From Octopus sinensis (taxonomy: Eukaryota): DNA of 64,000 nt. Below, piece by piece: positions 1-12,980 of this stretch (positions are counted from its first letter, which is position 1; every line of letters starts with the position of its first letter). A program made the position numbers and the translations under genes. Below the pieces are notes generated by a model. It saw only the letters and a list, made by a program, of their open reading frames with translations, ran no database searches and was not told where the DNA came from. The DNA lies in NCBI RefSeq assembly GCF_006345805.1, contig NC_043000.1, forward strand, positions 49,104,001 to 49,168,000, in the 5' to 3' direction.

Positions 1-567
1 CACGCGAAAAAAGTTCATACAAAAAGTAGAAGGGTAAATAAAAAACGGCAAAAGAAGACTATTACTTTTCTATTAATATTTGACGCATAATCTTTTCCTT
101 CTACAAAAACTTATTTTTCATGCTGTTTTCAATTCGTTTTTTTCATCTCACTGAATTCTAGCTTTTCCTTTTGATACAGAAATTTCATGTTTTGGTATTT
201 TAAACGCAATTTACCTTCATGTTTGTCGTGTATTCTTATTAAATCTCATTCTACAAGCACACTGAGCCGAAGCGAGATAAAAAAAAATGACAAGATCAAG
301 TCTTCATTCTTGGCTAAACCAAGCACTTTCGAGGAAATATCATATCAAAATATTTTGCAGTATGCACAACAGCAATACAAATACAAACACCAGATGTAGA
401 TATTGATGTCCACTAAAGATCAGTTTATCCACCTGCATTAACATTCCCAAGATTGATTGTACACCATTTATAGAAAACGATAACAAACTACATCACAACT
501 CAGTTTCGTAGCTGTGCTTGTATGTCTGTGTGTGCATGTGTACTCGCGCGCAAGTGCGTGTGTGTAA

Positions 568-595
568 ATAGATAGATAGAAAGATAGATAGATAC

Positions 596-652
<57 letters not shown>

Positions 653-659
653 CAGATAT

Positions 660-696
<37 letters not shown>

Positions 697-745
697 CAGA
701 TAGACAGATAGACAGACAGATAGATAGATAGATAGATAAATAGAT

Positions 746-804
<59 letters not shown>

Positions 805-809
805 TGATT

Positions 810-887
<78 letters not shown>
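568..887. repeat. (GATA)n microsatellite, about 80 units with GACA variants
   Basis: Directly visible; explains the LSIY-repeat ORF 500..943. Confidence 0.98.
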
Positions 888-1761
888 CTTATATGTGTAA
901 ATATGTCTTTAAATTGACAATTTACAATGAAGATCTTCGTCAAGATATAACTATATTGTAATTATGTTCATGACTAATTAAAAATTAATCTACACATGCT
1001 ATTGAATTCTGTTATGCATAAATACAGTTTAGCACGCAATTCATACCGAATATACTTAATTAGAAGACGTGAATACGTAAGCAATTGCTTTACATACTAA
1101 ATATATTCCCAAACTGTATGCGTTAATATATGTGTGAGTGCGTGCGTGTGTGTTTATGAAAAAAGAGAGAAAGAGAGAGAGTTGAACAGGTTGAACAGAG
1201 AGTGAGAGCGAGGGAGGAGGAGGAGGAGAGGACAATCTTTTCTAAACGTTGGTACAAACAGAAAGAGAACAAATTATTAGATGCTAGTTTGACAAGTAAA
1301 AGTTATAAAGTTTACGCCAGGACGGAGCATAATTATTTATTTAACTTCTTAAAATTAATTATATTGTATATGGATTGCGTGCCTATCAGGATATCGCCTT
1401 CAATCATATGTTGATTAATTCTAAAATAATCATGAATAAAATTACAATAGTTATAATTCGAATGAGATTTTTATAATACGTTATCAATTTGCAGGCAATC
1501 CCTAAATAATAGACTACAAATGATTAACGTTTTAGCGTTTATCGTTGACTTAGATTGCCGCTTTGAAGAGCTTAGTCGAACAGATCGACCCCAGTACCCT
1601 CTTCTTTTTTTTAACATGGAGCTTACTCTATCGGTTTGTTTTTGCGCAACTGCAAAGTTGAGGGCATTTAAACAAACCACCGCTGGTTGTCAAGTGACGG
1701 TGGGGGATACACACAGATATACCTTTAAATATATATATATATATATATCTTTATATATATA

Positions 1762-1950
1762 TAGGGAGAGTTTACGAAAGAAACAAAAGACGAAGACAGG
1801 TGGTGTACAAAACAAACAGATGCATTAGTATAACGCTCAGGAATAGAAAAAGTCTTTTACGTTTCGAGCCTACGCTCTTCTACAGAAAAGGACACAGAAA
1901 AAACAGGGAGAGAAACAAGGAGAGACAAAAGTGTGTGTAGTTTCTAACGA
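1762..1950 (-). mobile_element. Short (TA)n-terminated repeat, family P1, with hammerhead-like motif (putative Penelope-derived)
   Basis: Homologous to 13683..13885; minus strand reads CTGTAGA-A-GAGC-gtag-GCTC-GAAAC-GTA at 1858..1885. Confidence 0.55.
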
Positions 1951-2042
1951 TCAATCATGGTGATCGTTATATATATATATGTATATATATATATTTTGTA
2001 TATATAGATACACACACACACACACAATATAATATGATATAT

Positions 2043-2348
2043 GCTACACCGTCGGTTACGACGACGAGGGTTCCAGTTGATCCGATTGACCGAACAGCGT
2101 GCTCTTGAAATTAACGTGCAAGTGGCTGAGCACTCTACAGACACGAGTACCCTTAACATAGTTCTCATGGAGATTCGGCATGATACAGAATGTGATACGG
2201 TTAGCCCCTTTGAACTGATACAACTCATTTTTGCCAGCTAAATGGACTGGAGCAGCATGAAGAAATAAAACGTCTGGCTGAAGGACACAACACATCACTG
2301 GTAATTCAACTCTCGACCTTACGATCCTTAACCACTAAGCCATGCGCC
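2043..2348 (-). mobile_element. tRNA-derived SINE, family A
   Basis: Minus-strand head GGCGCATGGCTTAGTGGTTAAGG with B-box-like GTTGAATTACC; body shared with 13003..13330 and 63078..63370. Confidence 0.85.
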
Positions 2349-2454
2349 ATTACATGATATGATACATATACGGGGATGGAAATACACCAGTTGTCAAGCA
2401 GTGGTGGTGGGGACAAACACAGACGGAAAGACATACAACATAGATGTACTCACA

Positions 2455-2520
2455 TCTGTAAGTTGTCTACACCGCCTGTCTTCGTCTTTTGTTTGTTTGT
2501 TTTTTGTGAATTCTCCCTAT

Positions 2521-2522
<2 letters not shown>
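2455..2522 (+). repeat. Partial inverted copy of the family P1 end
   Basis: CTACACCGCCTGTCTTCGTCTTTTGTTT...TTCTCCCTATA is the reverse complement of 1762..1810. Confidence 0.7.
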
Positions 2523-2797
<275 letters not shown>

Positions 2798-2916
2798 TTG
2801 GCCTGCTCGCTTAGCCAGCGAGGTAGCGTCATTTGGAGGCTAAAACAATGCGAAGCGCATTGTGACCAGCGATGTGTAGCAACATCTGATAGTCTGGTCG
2901 GTCACGGTCACGGTGA
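2798..2916 (+). mobile_element. Structured about 120-bp insert in (TA)n, probably a 5'-truncated retroposon 3' end
   Basis: Flanked on both sides by (TA)n; ends in short GGTCAC repeats; contains several perfect stems. Confidence 0.55.
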
Positions 2917-2945
2917 TATATATATATATGTATATATATATATGC

Positions 2946-3005
<60 letters not shown>

Positions 3006-4968
3006 ACACGACAAACTTGCAGTTTTCGGCCTCAGATCTACTCAAAAGGACAACGTGTTTCAGAAACGAAATTTTTACCGCGCCATATGTATATTTACTC
3101 AAGAGCTAATTTTTAGTGTTCCTCATAACAAAACCTTAACGTCGATTATGTTAGACTTGTCAACGTTCTGTTTGATAACAATTGTTTGTGTTTTGGTCAG
3201 CTCCATTTTAATTATGATTTTCTTATCCAAAATCACTAAGCACACGTGCACGGCAGTATATTTTGAAACCTACTTTTGAAATTAGCTAATATGGTTGTTT
3301 TTCAAAGATCACCATTTCATTCTTCGTGTTCATATGGTCACCAAACCAAAGTTAGCTAATTTACAGCAGCACACGTAGAATAAGTGATACTGATTTTGTT
3401 TTAGTGATGAATATTTTGAAGATGTAATTCACAAGCAGACTAGAAATGACTGTTACTTTCAGACGCTCAAATTATATACTGTGTCAATAGAATCGCAAAA
3501 TAAATACATAAATAACGAAGTAATATCATAAATATCATTATCAGTAGTGAAATAAATATGATCTCCTAATATAATAATGAGCGTATGTATATATATTTGT
3601 CCAAAATAACAAATTTAGGAGTAAGACGGAGTAAGAGAAAGATTAGTATGAGTGAAGGAGAGGAGAGAAATTCAGTAATAGCAATGGAGAAAGGAAGGGG
3701 TGATAAATTAATAAGGAAGGAAGGGGTAAAAAAAAACTAAACGTTTCAACTCTATGTGAGTATATAGTATATGTGTGTGTGTAAAAGGGCCCTATGTGAA
3801 TGTTTATGTGTGTGTGAGTGTGTGTGTGTGTGTGAGTGTATTTGTGTGTGTGTGTGTTTATGTGTGTATGTGTATGCAATGGAAATGGGACGGCGAACGC
3901 TGAAACGAAAAATCAAACAGCATTTCAACTCTGAGTATATGTGTGTATGTATGTCATGCACAACAGAAGTATGTGAATGTTTGTATCCATGATTATTATG
4001 TAATTAATTTATACCTTATTTATGTATAAAATACTACAATTAGCCGTCATTTTTGACGGCACAGTGGCAGCTTGTGGTTAAAAAAGGGTACCTTAAATAT
4101 ACGTAAAAGAGTAATTTAAATGAAGAGTCAAACGTTGAGTTACTGCTATATTGAATATTGATAATATGATATTAAATCAATGTTGGCTCTCAACGGAAAG
4201 ACACATTCGTCTCGATTTGCAATTTTATTTGTCCATAACTCAAAGTATCTACAATTCGTTTCAGAATTCAGTAGATAAATATCAGTCTTAAGTTTATTCT
4301 GGAGTTATAAATATACAACCGTAACTGAAAATCGTTATTCAAATCTATACTGATATATAAGTAACTTCTGGATTTTCAAGATTTAAATATGCTTCATATT
4401 TATACAGAAGGGAAATGAGAATATGTGACGTTCATCTTCTTCTCAAGTAATAAAGTGGGATTTAAAATAGGGTCGCATAGTCTGCTCCTCAAATGTGTAT
4501 TTTTCTCTGTGCTTGGGTCTTAGAATTTTAAAATTGAAATCTTTTTATAACTACCAAGTTATTATTGTTATATAAGAAGCATAAGCAATTGAATTCTCTT
4601 GAATTGGAAGCCAATAAAAGACATAGCTTGGGACAACAAGAAATCTTGTTTGTGGACGTTTGATTCGGTAGAAATAGCTGTGAAACTTCCCACAAAATCC
4701 ATCCTACTATCTGCAAAATATAAAACAGGTTGATAAAGGCAGAAATGCACATGTCTGCTCTGCCAAAGCTCACCAAGAGTTAAAGGATAACAGATGGTAA
4801 AGCTAGAAATTGAAATACTTCAAGGTATATGAGACACTATATGTGTGACGTGGTGGAAATGGAAAAGAAAAACTTAACACTAGATTTAAAGCACAATGAG
4901 TTTAAATTTCGGTCTTGTAAAATGTGGCAATCATAATAATAATAATAATAATAATGATAACAATAATA

Positions 4969-5276
4969 CGGCTCCTCCGAATTCTGTAGGAGTTTGCGGT
5001 GTATTTTTCTTGGGTTGGCCTACTTAATGCAAAGTAATAAGCATATATTACTTCTTTATATTCTTCCCGGTTCCATTTAGTTCTTTTACTTTTTTGATTT
5101 TCTGGTCGTTGTGGTGGTGAACTTTGGGGGCTTAATTTGGGACAAATCCCATTTAAGTGACCTTCCAGGTTCGTATTCGGGGAAGATATTCAGCCAATTG
5201 AAAATTTTTCGCCATCAGGCTGGCAGCCTCCTGACGGGCGCGCTTCCTTTATAACCATTGGACAAGCGATTCGGTG

Positions 5277-5277
<1 letters not shown>
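4969..5277 (-). mobile_element. R4/Dong-clade non-LTR retrotransposon, N-terminal ORF fragment
   Basis: Manual minus-strand translation KSKRTKWNREEYKEVIYAYYFALSRPTQEKYTANSY resembles the Myb-like N-terminus of R4/Dong ORFs; (TAA)n on both sides. Confidence 0.55.
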
Positions 5278-5344
<67 letters not shown>

Positions 5345-5346
<2 letters not shown>

Positions 5347-5938
5347 TGCCCTGATGCAGTACCAATGCCCTGATGCAGTACCAATGCCCTGATGCAGTAC
5401 CAGGCAGAGGCTCTCATGGCTTCTTATCTTAACTGATTGGAAGTGTTATTATGTACATTGTTCTGTCTTGGTATAAAAGATGGGCTACAGCAAATATTCT
5501 GCTCAATACCACAGATTTGCTTGTCAGTTGTTTGACCTTAACCAGTTGAGCATGTCCCTTAGTGGCTGACGATATGTGCATCTCTGATCACGAGCAGAAG
5601 TAGTGGGGAGCATCATAGCCATGTGTTGAGAGGGATTCTTTGGGGTTTGAATAGTTCACCTCTGGAGACATGGGTGGGTTTTTCAACATCCTTAAACAAC
5701 ACTTATTCAGGGACCGTTTGAGCGTGATGGGCTACTCAACCTGAAGAAAATTCTAACTGGGCCCCACCTGCAAGGTCATGTGCTGTTTATCTTGATATGA
5801 GATCACCATCCCGCGCACATATGGTTGTGATGCATGTGCCTGGTGTACCTTTATCAGTCGGGTAGTCATGATAGGTATATTGGGCTTCGTATATTTTACC
5901 CCAGTGTCACTTTGATGGCATGCACTGCTCTCTCACTC
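5345..5938 (+). mobile_element. Unclassified non-coding about 600-bp element in (TAA)n, copy 1
   Basis: Flanked by (TAA)n; begins with 3 x AATGCCCTGATGCAGTACC; its last about 370 bp match 5960..6323. Confidence 0.7.
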
Positions 5939-5959
5939 AATAATAATAATAATAATAAT

Positions 5960-6323
5960 ATGTGCATCTCTGATCACGAGCAGAAGCAGTGGGGGAGCAT
6001 CATAGCCACGTGTTCAGAGGAATTCTTTGGGGTTTGGATAATTCACCTCCAGAAACATGGGTGTTTTGTTCAACATCCTTAAACAAACCTTATTCAGGGA
6101 CATTTTGAGCGGGATGGGCTACTTGACTTGAAGAAAATTTTTACTAGGCCCCACCTGCAAGGTTATGCGCTGTTTATCTTGATATGAGATCACCATGTCG
6201 CGCACATATGGCTGTGATGCATGTGCCTGGTGTACTCTTATCAGACGAGTAGTCATGATGGGTACTGGGCTTCGTATATTTTACCCAAGTGGCAATTTGA
6301 TGGCATGCAATGCTTTCTCATTC
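5960..6323 (+). mobile_element. Same unclassified element, copy 2 (shorter, same right end)
   Basis: ATGTGCATCTCTGATCACGAGCAGAAG...CTCA(C/T)TC-AATAAT aligns with 5573..5938. Confidence 0.75.
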
Positions 6324-6350
6324 AATACCAATAATAATAATAATAATAAT

Positions 6351-6746
6351 CTTTTCTACAATAGGCACAAGACCTAATATTTGGGGGAGAGTATTAAGAC
6401 GATTACATCGACCCCAGTGCTCAACTGGTACTCATTTTATCGACCCTGAAACGATGAAAGGCAAAGTCGATCTCGGCGGAATTTGAACTCAGAACGTAGT
6501 GACAGGAGAAATACCTATTTCTTTACTACCCACAAGGGGCTAAGCACAGAGAGGACAAACAAGGACTGACAAACGGATTAAGTCGATTATATCGACCCCA
6601 GTGCGTAACTGGTACTCATTTAATCGACCCCGAAAGGATGAAAGGCAAAGTCAACCTAGGCGGAATTTGAACTCAGAACGTAGCAGCAGACGAAATACCG
6701 CTAAGCATTTCGCCTGGCGTGCTAACGTTTCTGCCAACTCCCCGCC

Positions 6747-6748
<2 letters not shown>
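6351..6748 (-). mobile_element. OR-type tRNA-derived SINE, head-to-tail dimer
   Basis: Head GGCGGGGAGTTGGCAGAAACGTTAGCACGCC and GTTCTGAGTTCAAATTCC occurring twice; same family as 40741..41185. Confidence 0.85.
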
Positions 6749-6788
<40 letters not shown>

Positions 6789-8719
6789 TAATAATAATAA
6801 TAATAATAACACCGGCTTTAGACTAAGAAACTGAAGCTGAGTACTATCACTTACAAGCTCTTCTAAATATTGTAGTTACATTACTAAATTTTTCGGCATA
6901 AATTTTCATCTATATTTCGAACATTTTTGGAATAACTTATGATACATATCTTTTCGTAAGCTTCTTCTTTTAAAATGAACCAAAGATAGACTATTGAAGG
7001 AACAGTACATTTTCATACATTGTTTTAGATTTTAACTCACTTAGACCCTGAAGTGCTAAGCTATAGTCCAGAAGTTGCATACGTAGCTCGGTAATAGACA
7101 AGATTTGTTATCAGTTATATTATGATAAATATGACTCGAAACCAAATGACTATTTGTGTACTATACATGAAATTAATATTTGAGATTATTACTGAGAAAC
7201 AAACAGACATTTTTGCGCTTAGTCCCATTAGAAATGCTAAGTTATTAATAGCTGAATGAAAGATAGTACAGAAAGAATTCAAGAAGAAAATAAATCTAGT
7301 AAAAAATGCACGCTTGCAATGACAGCAATTCTTAGCAATTAAGGCAATCAATTCTGACTACTGCTTAAGTCCAAGTTACTTATAATCGAGAAAAAGGATG
7401 TTCCTCATCCCACGAGGCATATATTCGTAAAAACGTTGTTGATAAAACTAAATTAATAGCAGAAGATAATGAGCAGTGACGCTAGCCGTCACAACCAACG
7501 GGTTTAATTTATTTTGTGCTGACAAGGTACAGGATATATATCCTCGAGGAAGGAAACCATACTGCAGAGGTATATTTTTTGTATTCACGAAGTATATTAG
7601 TTAAAACTATGAAAGAATAAATTATGAAGATTTTATTTTAAGCACATAGCTGCAACACATAGGTAATGTTTCTGCATCCATCATAATTGGAAAGTAAATT
7701 AAAAATTTAAATATATATAAGTTAAGCAAAATAGCAAAAGTGTAGACGCCTACATGCTGATATATTGATTTAGAATGAGCAATCTAAAAAAATTATATCT
7801 TCGCAAAACAGATATGTGAGAAAATATTCATATATTGGCAATAAACTTGTAAAACGAGTTATAAAACAAATATGAACGCTCAGAGAAATTCCAATAAAGT
7901 TTTCGCATTAGAATATCTATAATACTTTAGATATAGGATGTAAATTCAGTTACCTTCAATATGATAAGCTCCCAATCCTTTTATGGATAAGTTCAGTTTC
8001 AAATACCTGATTGAGTCTAATTGACTTCGTGCAACCTTAATAATCTTCTGTAAGTTGTGAAGAGAACACCGTTTTACTTCTCTGCGATAAATCTGAAATA
8101 TTTACTCAATTTGTTTCGGATTTCTGCTATCTGGATTCAAAATTTATTACGCTTCATATCTTCGTGGTCGATAAATCACGTGCTCCGGACGATATTTTTA
8201 CTGCTTTCTTTCTCTCGGAATTGGCTTTTGGCGAAAAGGTTACATCATAAAAAGCAACCGAATGAAAGAACCAGGAAACTACCTTTATATTCTGTTACCT
8301 AACAAAATTCAGACAAAAACATAGTTTTCCAAGGAAATTATCATGCATCGTTCGATGACGAAATGGAGGGAAAATAAAACAGTGTCTGTAGACACTGTTT
8401 TTAAAGAGGAAAATATTTATATTAGAAAACACAGCTAGTTTACTCTAAATCACGTAGAACCCTTCACTTTAGACGGAGAGGAATTTACAAAGAATATCTG
8501 AGGTAACCATAAGTATGAACTTTCTATTTTGGGGCTGCCAGGGTTTATCTACATACTCTTTTATTCCTTTTGATATGATTCTGGTATTGCTTTGAGATGA
8601 CACATTCTTCAGGTTTCAATTTCAAGGCCCTTTATCCTTGTTCAGGTCTGCAACAATCATCAGAAGACAAGTTTTTCGATATGTTCTTTCACGATGAATC
8701 CAGATCGCGTTGCTTGTAT

Positions 8720-9030
8720 TTCGCGACCAGTATGTCATGCATTTGCAAGTATTCAGTTGGTGCCAGTCTATTGCATCCAGAGATTATGTGGTAGATTGTC
8801 ACTGGATACTCTTCGTATATGCGGCATGATGAACCACTTTCATATTTCAGAATATTACTCCGGTAGTTCCCAGCTGGAAGGGACGACCCTGAACAGCAAT
8901 GATATACTCCTCAGTTTCTGATTTGAAATCAGAGCATTACAACCACTGATAAGTAAGTGTTTGATCTACATCAGGATTGCTAATTCCAGACGAGTATTTC
9001 TCTTGCACTGGCCTTTGCTCCCATTTCTTC
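8720..9030 (-). mobile_element. R4/Dong-clade fragment, CCHC region, frameshifted
   Basis: Manual translation KKWEQRPVQEKY..NPDVDQTLTYQWL*..KSETEEYIIAVQ / NYRSNILK..SCRIYEEYPVTIYHIISGCNRLAPTEYLQMHD matches the R4/Dong pattern CR.C...ETI.HI.SGC..LA..EY..RHD. Confidence 0.75.
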
Positions 9031-9041
9031 TTATTATTATT

Positions 9042-9042
<1 letters not shown>

Positions 9043-9108
<66 letters not shown>
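9043..9108. repeat. (CAT)n microsatellite flanked by TTA/TAA runs
   Basis: Directly visible. Confidence 0.97.
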
Positions 9109-9139
9109 ATAATAATAATAATGATAAGAATAATAATAT

Positions 9140-9428
9140 TCGTTGATGAAAACTCACAACTTATTTTGCTGGGTATTACAGAAAGTGTCAGCTGTCCACA
9201 ACCAGAAGACTAAGGTGACACTTGTCATGCTTTAAAAACCTTGTGAAGAAATCTTGCATTTTCAAGCAATATTGATTTTTGTAGGTGTTCTACTTTTACA
9301 TTTATACCAATCCTTTTGAGCCGTGATGGTAGTTGCGTGCTGATACTTCGAAGTGCGCCAATTACTACCACGTCTACGCTCCTCATTGACCAAAACCTTC
9401 GTATTTCCCACTTCAAATCGTCATAGTT
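9140..9428 (-). mobile_element. R4/Dong-clade 3' end: endonuclease C-terminus plus short 3' UTR, 5'-truncated
   Basis: YDDLKWEIRRFWSMRSVDVVVIGALRSI...EHLQKSILLENARFLHKVF matches the VVIGALG...LQK.ALLGTARILRKVL terminus. Confidence 0.8.
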
Positions 9429-10491
9429 ACTATTATTCAGATGTGGTGAAAAACTAAAGTATGTTTAGAGATTTTATAATCTTCACAATAAGGTAAGTAA
9501 ACAGTATACTGTAATAGAGAATAAGTAACCACGTCGTATATGCATGAAGATCGTTCTCGGTATTTACTATATATACTGTTATAAGGAAATGACACAGCAG
9601 TAAATATAACTGTACGCGTCAATTTAAATGTCTAATATCATTATACGATGCTGTAATTGTTTTAGTTTCTACGTAAGATGCCGGTTGAAATCACTAGCCA
9701 AACAAGTACAACAATGAAATGTTGTATTTGACTAACTGTAAATCAATATTTGCGTTATGAGGCTTTAAAGATTATATTTTTAGTCGAAAAAATTTTAGAC
9801 AAAATGGGCACAGCGTTTCTTCAAGGGGAAAGAGCGAGGAGAGACAGAGAGAGAAAGGGAGAGAGAGAGATGTGTATTCAGTTGAAAGAAGAGTAATGTG
9901 TGAATTCCAGATGGAAGAATCTGGAAGTTTTGTCCTTCAAATAAATTACGTCTTTGGAAACGATCTAATATTTAGTAAGTGGGGTGAATACACAATTTCC
10001 AATATAGAAGCAACATTCCATGATTGTGCACATCAGGACTTTGTAAATATTAAATGATTCAAACATATTTTGGCGAGGAAAAGAAATTTCAATTTCCTTG
10101 ATAAAGCCTGCCAAACTTTTACTTTATTATCTCTATATGTTAGACAATACACTTTGTTCCTGGAAGTATAAATCAATATTTAGTGATTTATGAAGAATGT
10201 AAACGGAATCATTTCTACTGGTGAAGTTTACCCTCTTTCCGAACATTCCACTGTTACCTGTTTTCAAATTGTATTTTTCTTACTCTTTCTTAAAATTGAT
10301 GATTAAAAACAACTGGTTTATTGGTATCTATACAATAATGAAGATAGCTGCTTATTAATTAAGTTATGTAACTTGTACTAAAAGAGAGTAATCACTAAAC
10401 TCCACATTGTCTAGAAAGCTCTTATAAATTCCAATTTTAATAATTTTTTTTATCAAAGTAACATTAACTATATATATATAATTTTTGTTTC

Positions 10492-10671
10492 AAATTTTGG
10501 CACAAGGTCAAAAATTTCAAAGAAGGGCGTAAGTCCATTATACCAAGCCCATGGTACAACTAATACTTATTTCATTGAACCTGAAAGGTTGAAAGGCAAA
10601 GTCAACATTGGCGGAATTTGATCTAAGAAATTTGTCCCGTTGTATTAACAGTTCGGCCAGATATCCGCCTC
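10492..10671 (-). mobile_element. Degenerate OR-type SINE
   Basis: CTGAAAGGTTGAAAGGCAAAGTCAACATTGGCGGAATTTGA matches other OR copies. Confidence 0.65.
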
Positions 10672-12510
10672 TATAATATATACAATATTAGCTGATATTC
10701 AGTTAACTTTCAAATGTTCAGTCTTACTTTTGTAATTTGTTAATTGGTCGAATCCCCTAACTTTAAATGGAAGTTTATAAATCGTATCCAAATGCTGCGC
10801 GGATCGATTCTCCTTACTGCAACGGTTACTTTAGAATGATGCAGTAGAAAGAAAAGCAATTACAATATATTTTGCAATATATAATTTATACCTTCAATTT
10901 TCTGAGATCAAATCCAATAGATGTCATTTTTGCATTTTGTTTATATTTCTTTGAGGTCAACAACATAAGTATCATTCATATGCAGTGAATGACTATCATC
11001 AAATATATCCTTCTATCACATTTGTTGCATTATGGAAGTAGAAAAATCAATATTAGTTTTGTATAATTTACTGCTAGTGCGTAACAGTTTAGAATCGAAA
11101 CAGCAATATCTTTAGAAAATATTTCCACATGTATACCATAATATGTGGGGAAACAAAATTTCATACGCATTTAATATTGGTTGATTTCATCTGGAAACGT
11201 GTTTTATTATAAATGATTGGAGACTTCACCACGTTTACCGTTTTCACTTTCTCGTATGTCACACCGGTGAAAAATATTAACTGTAATCAAAATGAGTATT
11301 ATTTACCAACAATCTGAAATTTATACGTTCATAATTTATATAGCGGGAGGCAGTTCAGTGAAATGGAATTTCACATTTACCTAGTATTTAATTGGCTCTA
11401 CCAGAAGGCTAAAATTAGGCGTCATGTTCAGCAGGACTTCCACACAACTTTAAGGGACGTACATAAATACTACACGAATTTTAGTCTAACGATTCTACTC
11501 TACCGATTCTGCCAAATAAATAATAATCTAATTCAGATATTTTAAAATTTAATTATTTACTGCTCTGCAATATAAAACAGTTACATTGATAGAATAATAT
11601 AAATATCGATGACTGATTGATAGATAATTTACAGGGGATAATTTTTATGGTTATATTTGACGTTTATATCATATGATATTATTTGTTTCTTTCTCTCACT
11701 TTTCCTTTGTCTGTCTCCCCCTCACTCTCTCTATATCTATCTATCTATCTATATATATATATATATCTATTCCTCTTCCTCTCTCTGTCGCTTGTGCTCT
11801 CTTTCTCTCGTTCTTACATTACTTCGCTTCCAACAATAAAATATGAAGTCCTAATTTTATATTTCACCTTCATCGAAATTGTCTTCCATACTTCCGACAC
11901 GATCGATAACGTAAGTACCAGTCAAGAACTGAAGCCAAACTTAATCGAGTATATCCTTCCCTCCGAAAATTGTAAGAACTTGTGCATATATTTGAAATCA
12001 ATATTAATAGATGATGTTGGCTAACAACACAAAACTAGATAAAATTACCACCAATACATTAGAGTAACGCCTAAACAATCTCCAAACAATCTCTTTTAAA
12101 AAGTAATTATGTTGAAATAATATTTCTGTACTGCCGGAGTAAAATATCTTCAGACTTGTTTAGTCTTGGACCATTCTGTATTCTGTATACATATAGACCG
12201 TTAAAAACATGCGTTACATTATATTCAATGTCAAAGTAGTCTGTTGAATATCCTTTATTTTCACGTTGTTTTAAGGCAATAAAACGTATTTAAAGTCTCA
12301 AAATGATATAACACTAAAGTTATTCTGCTCATTTTCAGAGTTCCGGATCCAGAGATATATTGTTCATTGTAAAATAGTAATAGTAATTTCAAAAACTGAT
12401 ATTTCATAGTATAGATTGAACAAACCTTAACCCTACACATGTGAAAATTTTGAATGTGGTCCGAGTATACAAAAGGGGAACCTGTCTGACATATACTCAT
12501 TAGTCCAAAT

Positions 12511-12585
<75 letters not shown>

Positions 12586-12791
12586 TGTGTGTGTACGTTT
12601 CGCTTGTTAACAATTAACACGGAAAAATAGATAAATAGTTACCAGGGTAACAAAAAAATCACACAAGTAAAAGGGTTGTAAGACCTTGTTTTTAAAGGTA
12701 GGAACTTCGGATTTACATGAAATATTTTGTATAATATATAAATAAATAAAAAGAGTTTGAATTACACCTGCGTTAAACTCCATTGATCGGG

Positions 12792-12933
12792 TCCGTTGAT
12801 CGGGTCAACTGGAACTCTTGTCTTCGTACCCGACAGAGTCCCAGATGTGCATGTATATATATACATGCACATCTGGGACTCTGTCGGGTACGAAGACAAG
12901 AGTTCCAGTTGACCCCCAGAGTCCCAGATGTGC

Positions 12934-12980
<47 letters not shown>

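Noticed and set aside
1762-1772. TATAGGGAGA resembling a T7 promoter end
   Set aside because: It is the terminus of repeat family P1, seen also at 2510 and 13683; upstream T7 bases are absent.
5345-5401. 3 x 19-bp direct repeat as a CRISPR array
   Set aside because: No spacers, no cas genes, eukaryotic context.
12110-12160. Other CTGANGA matches as hammerheads (also 23963, 24910, 28340, 39655)
   Set aside because: No correctly spaced stem II plus GAAA-NUH.
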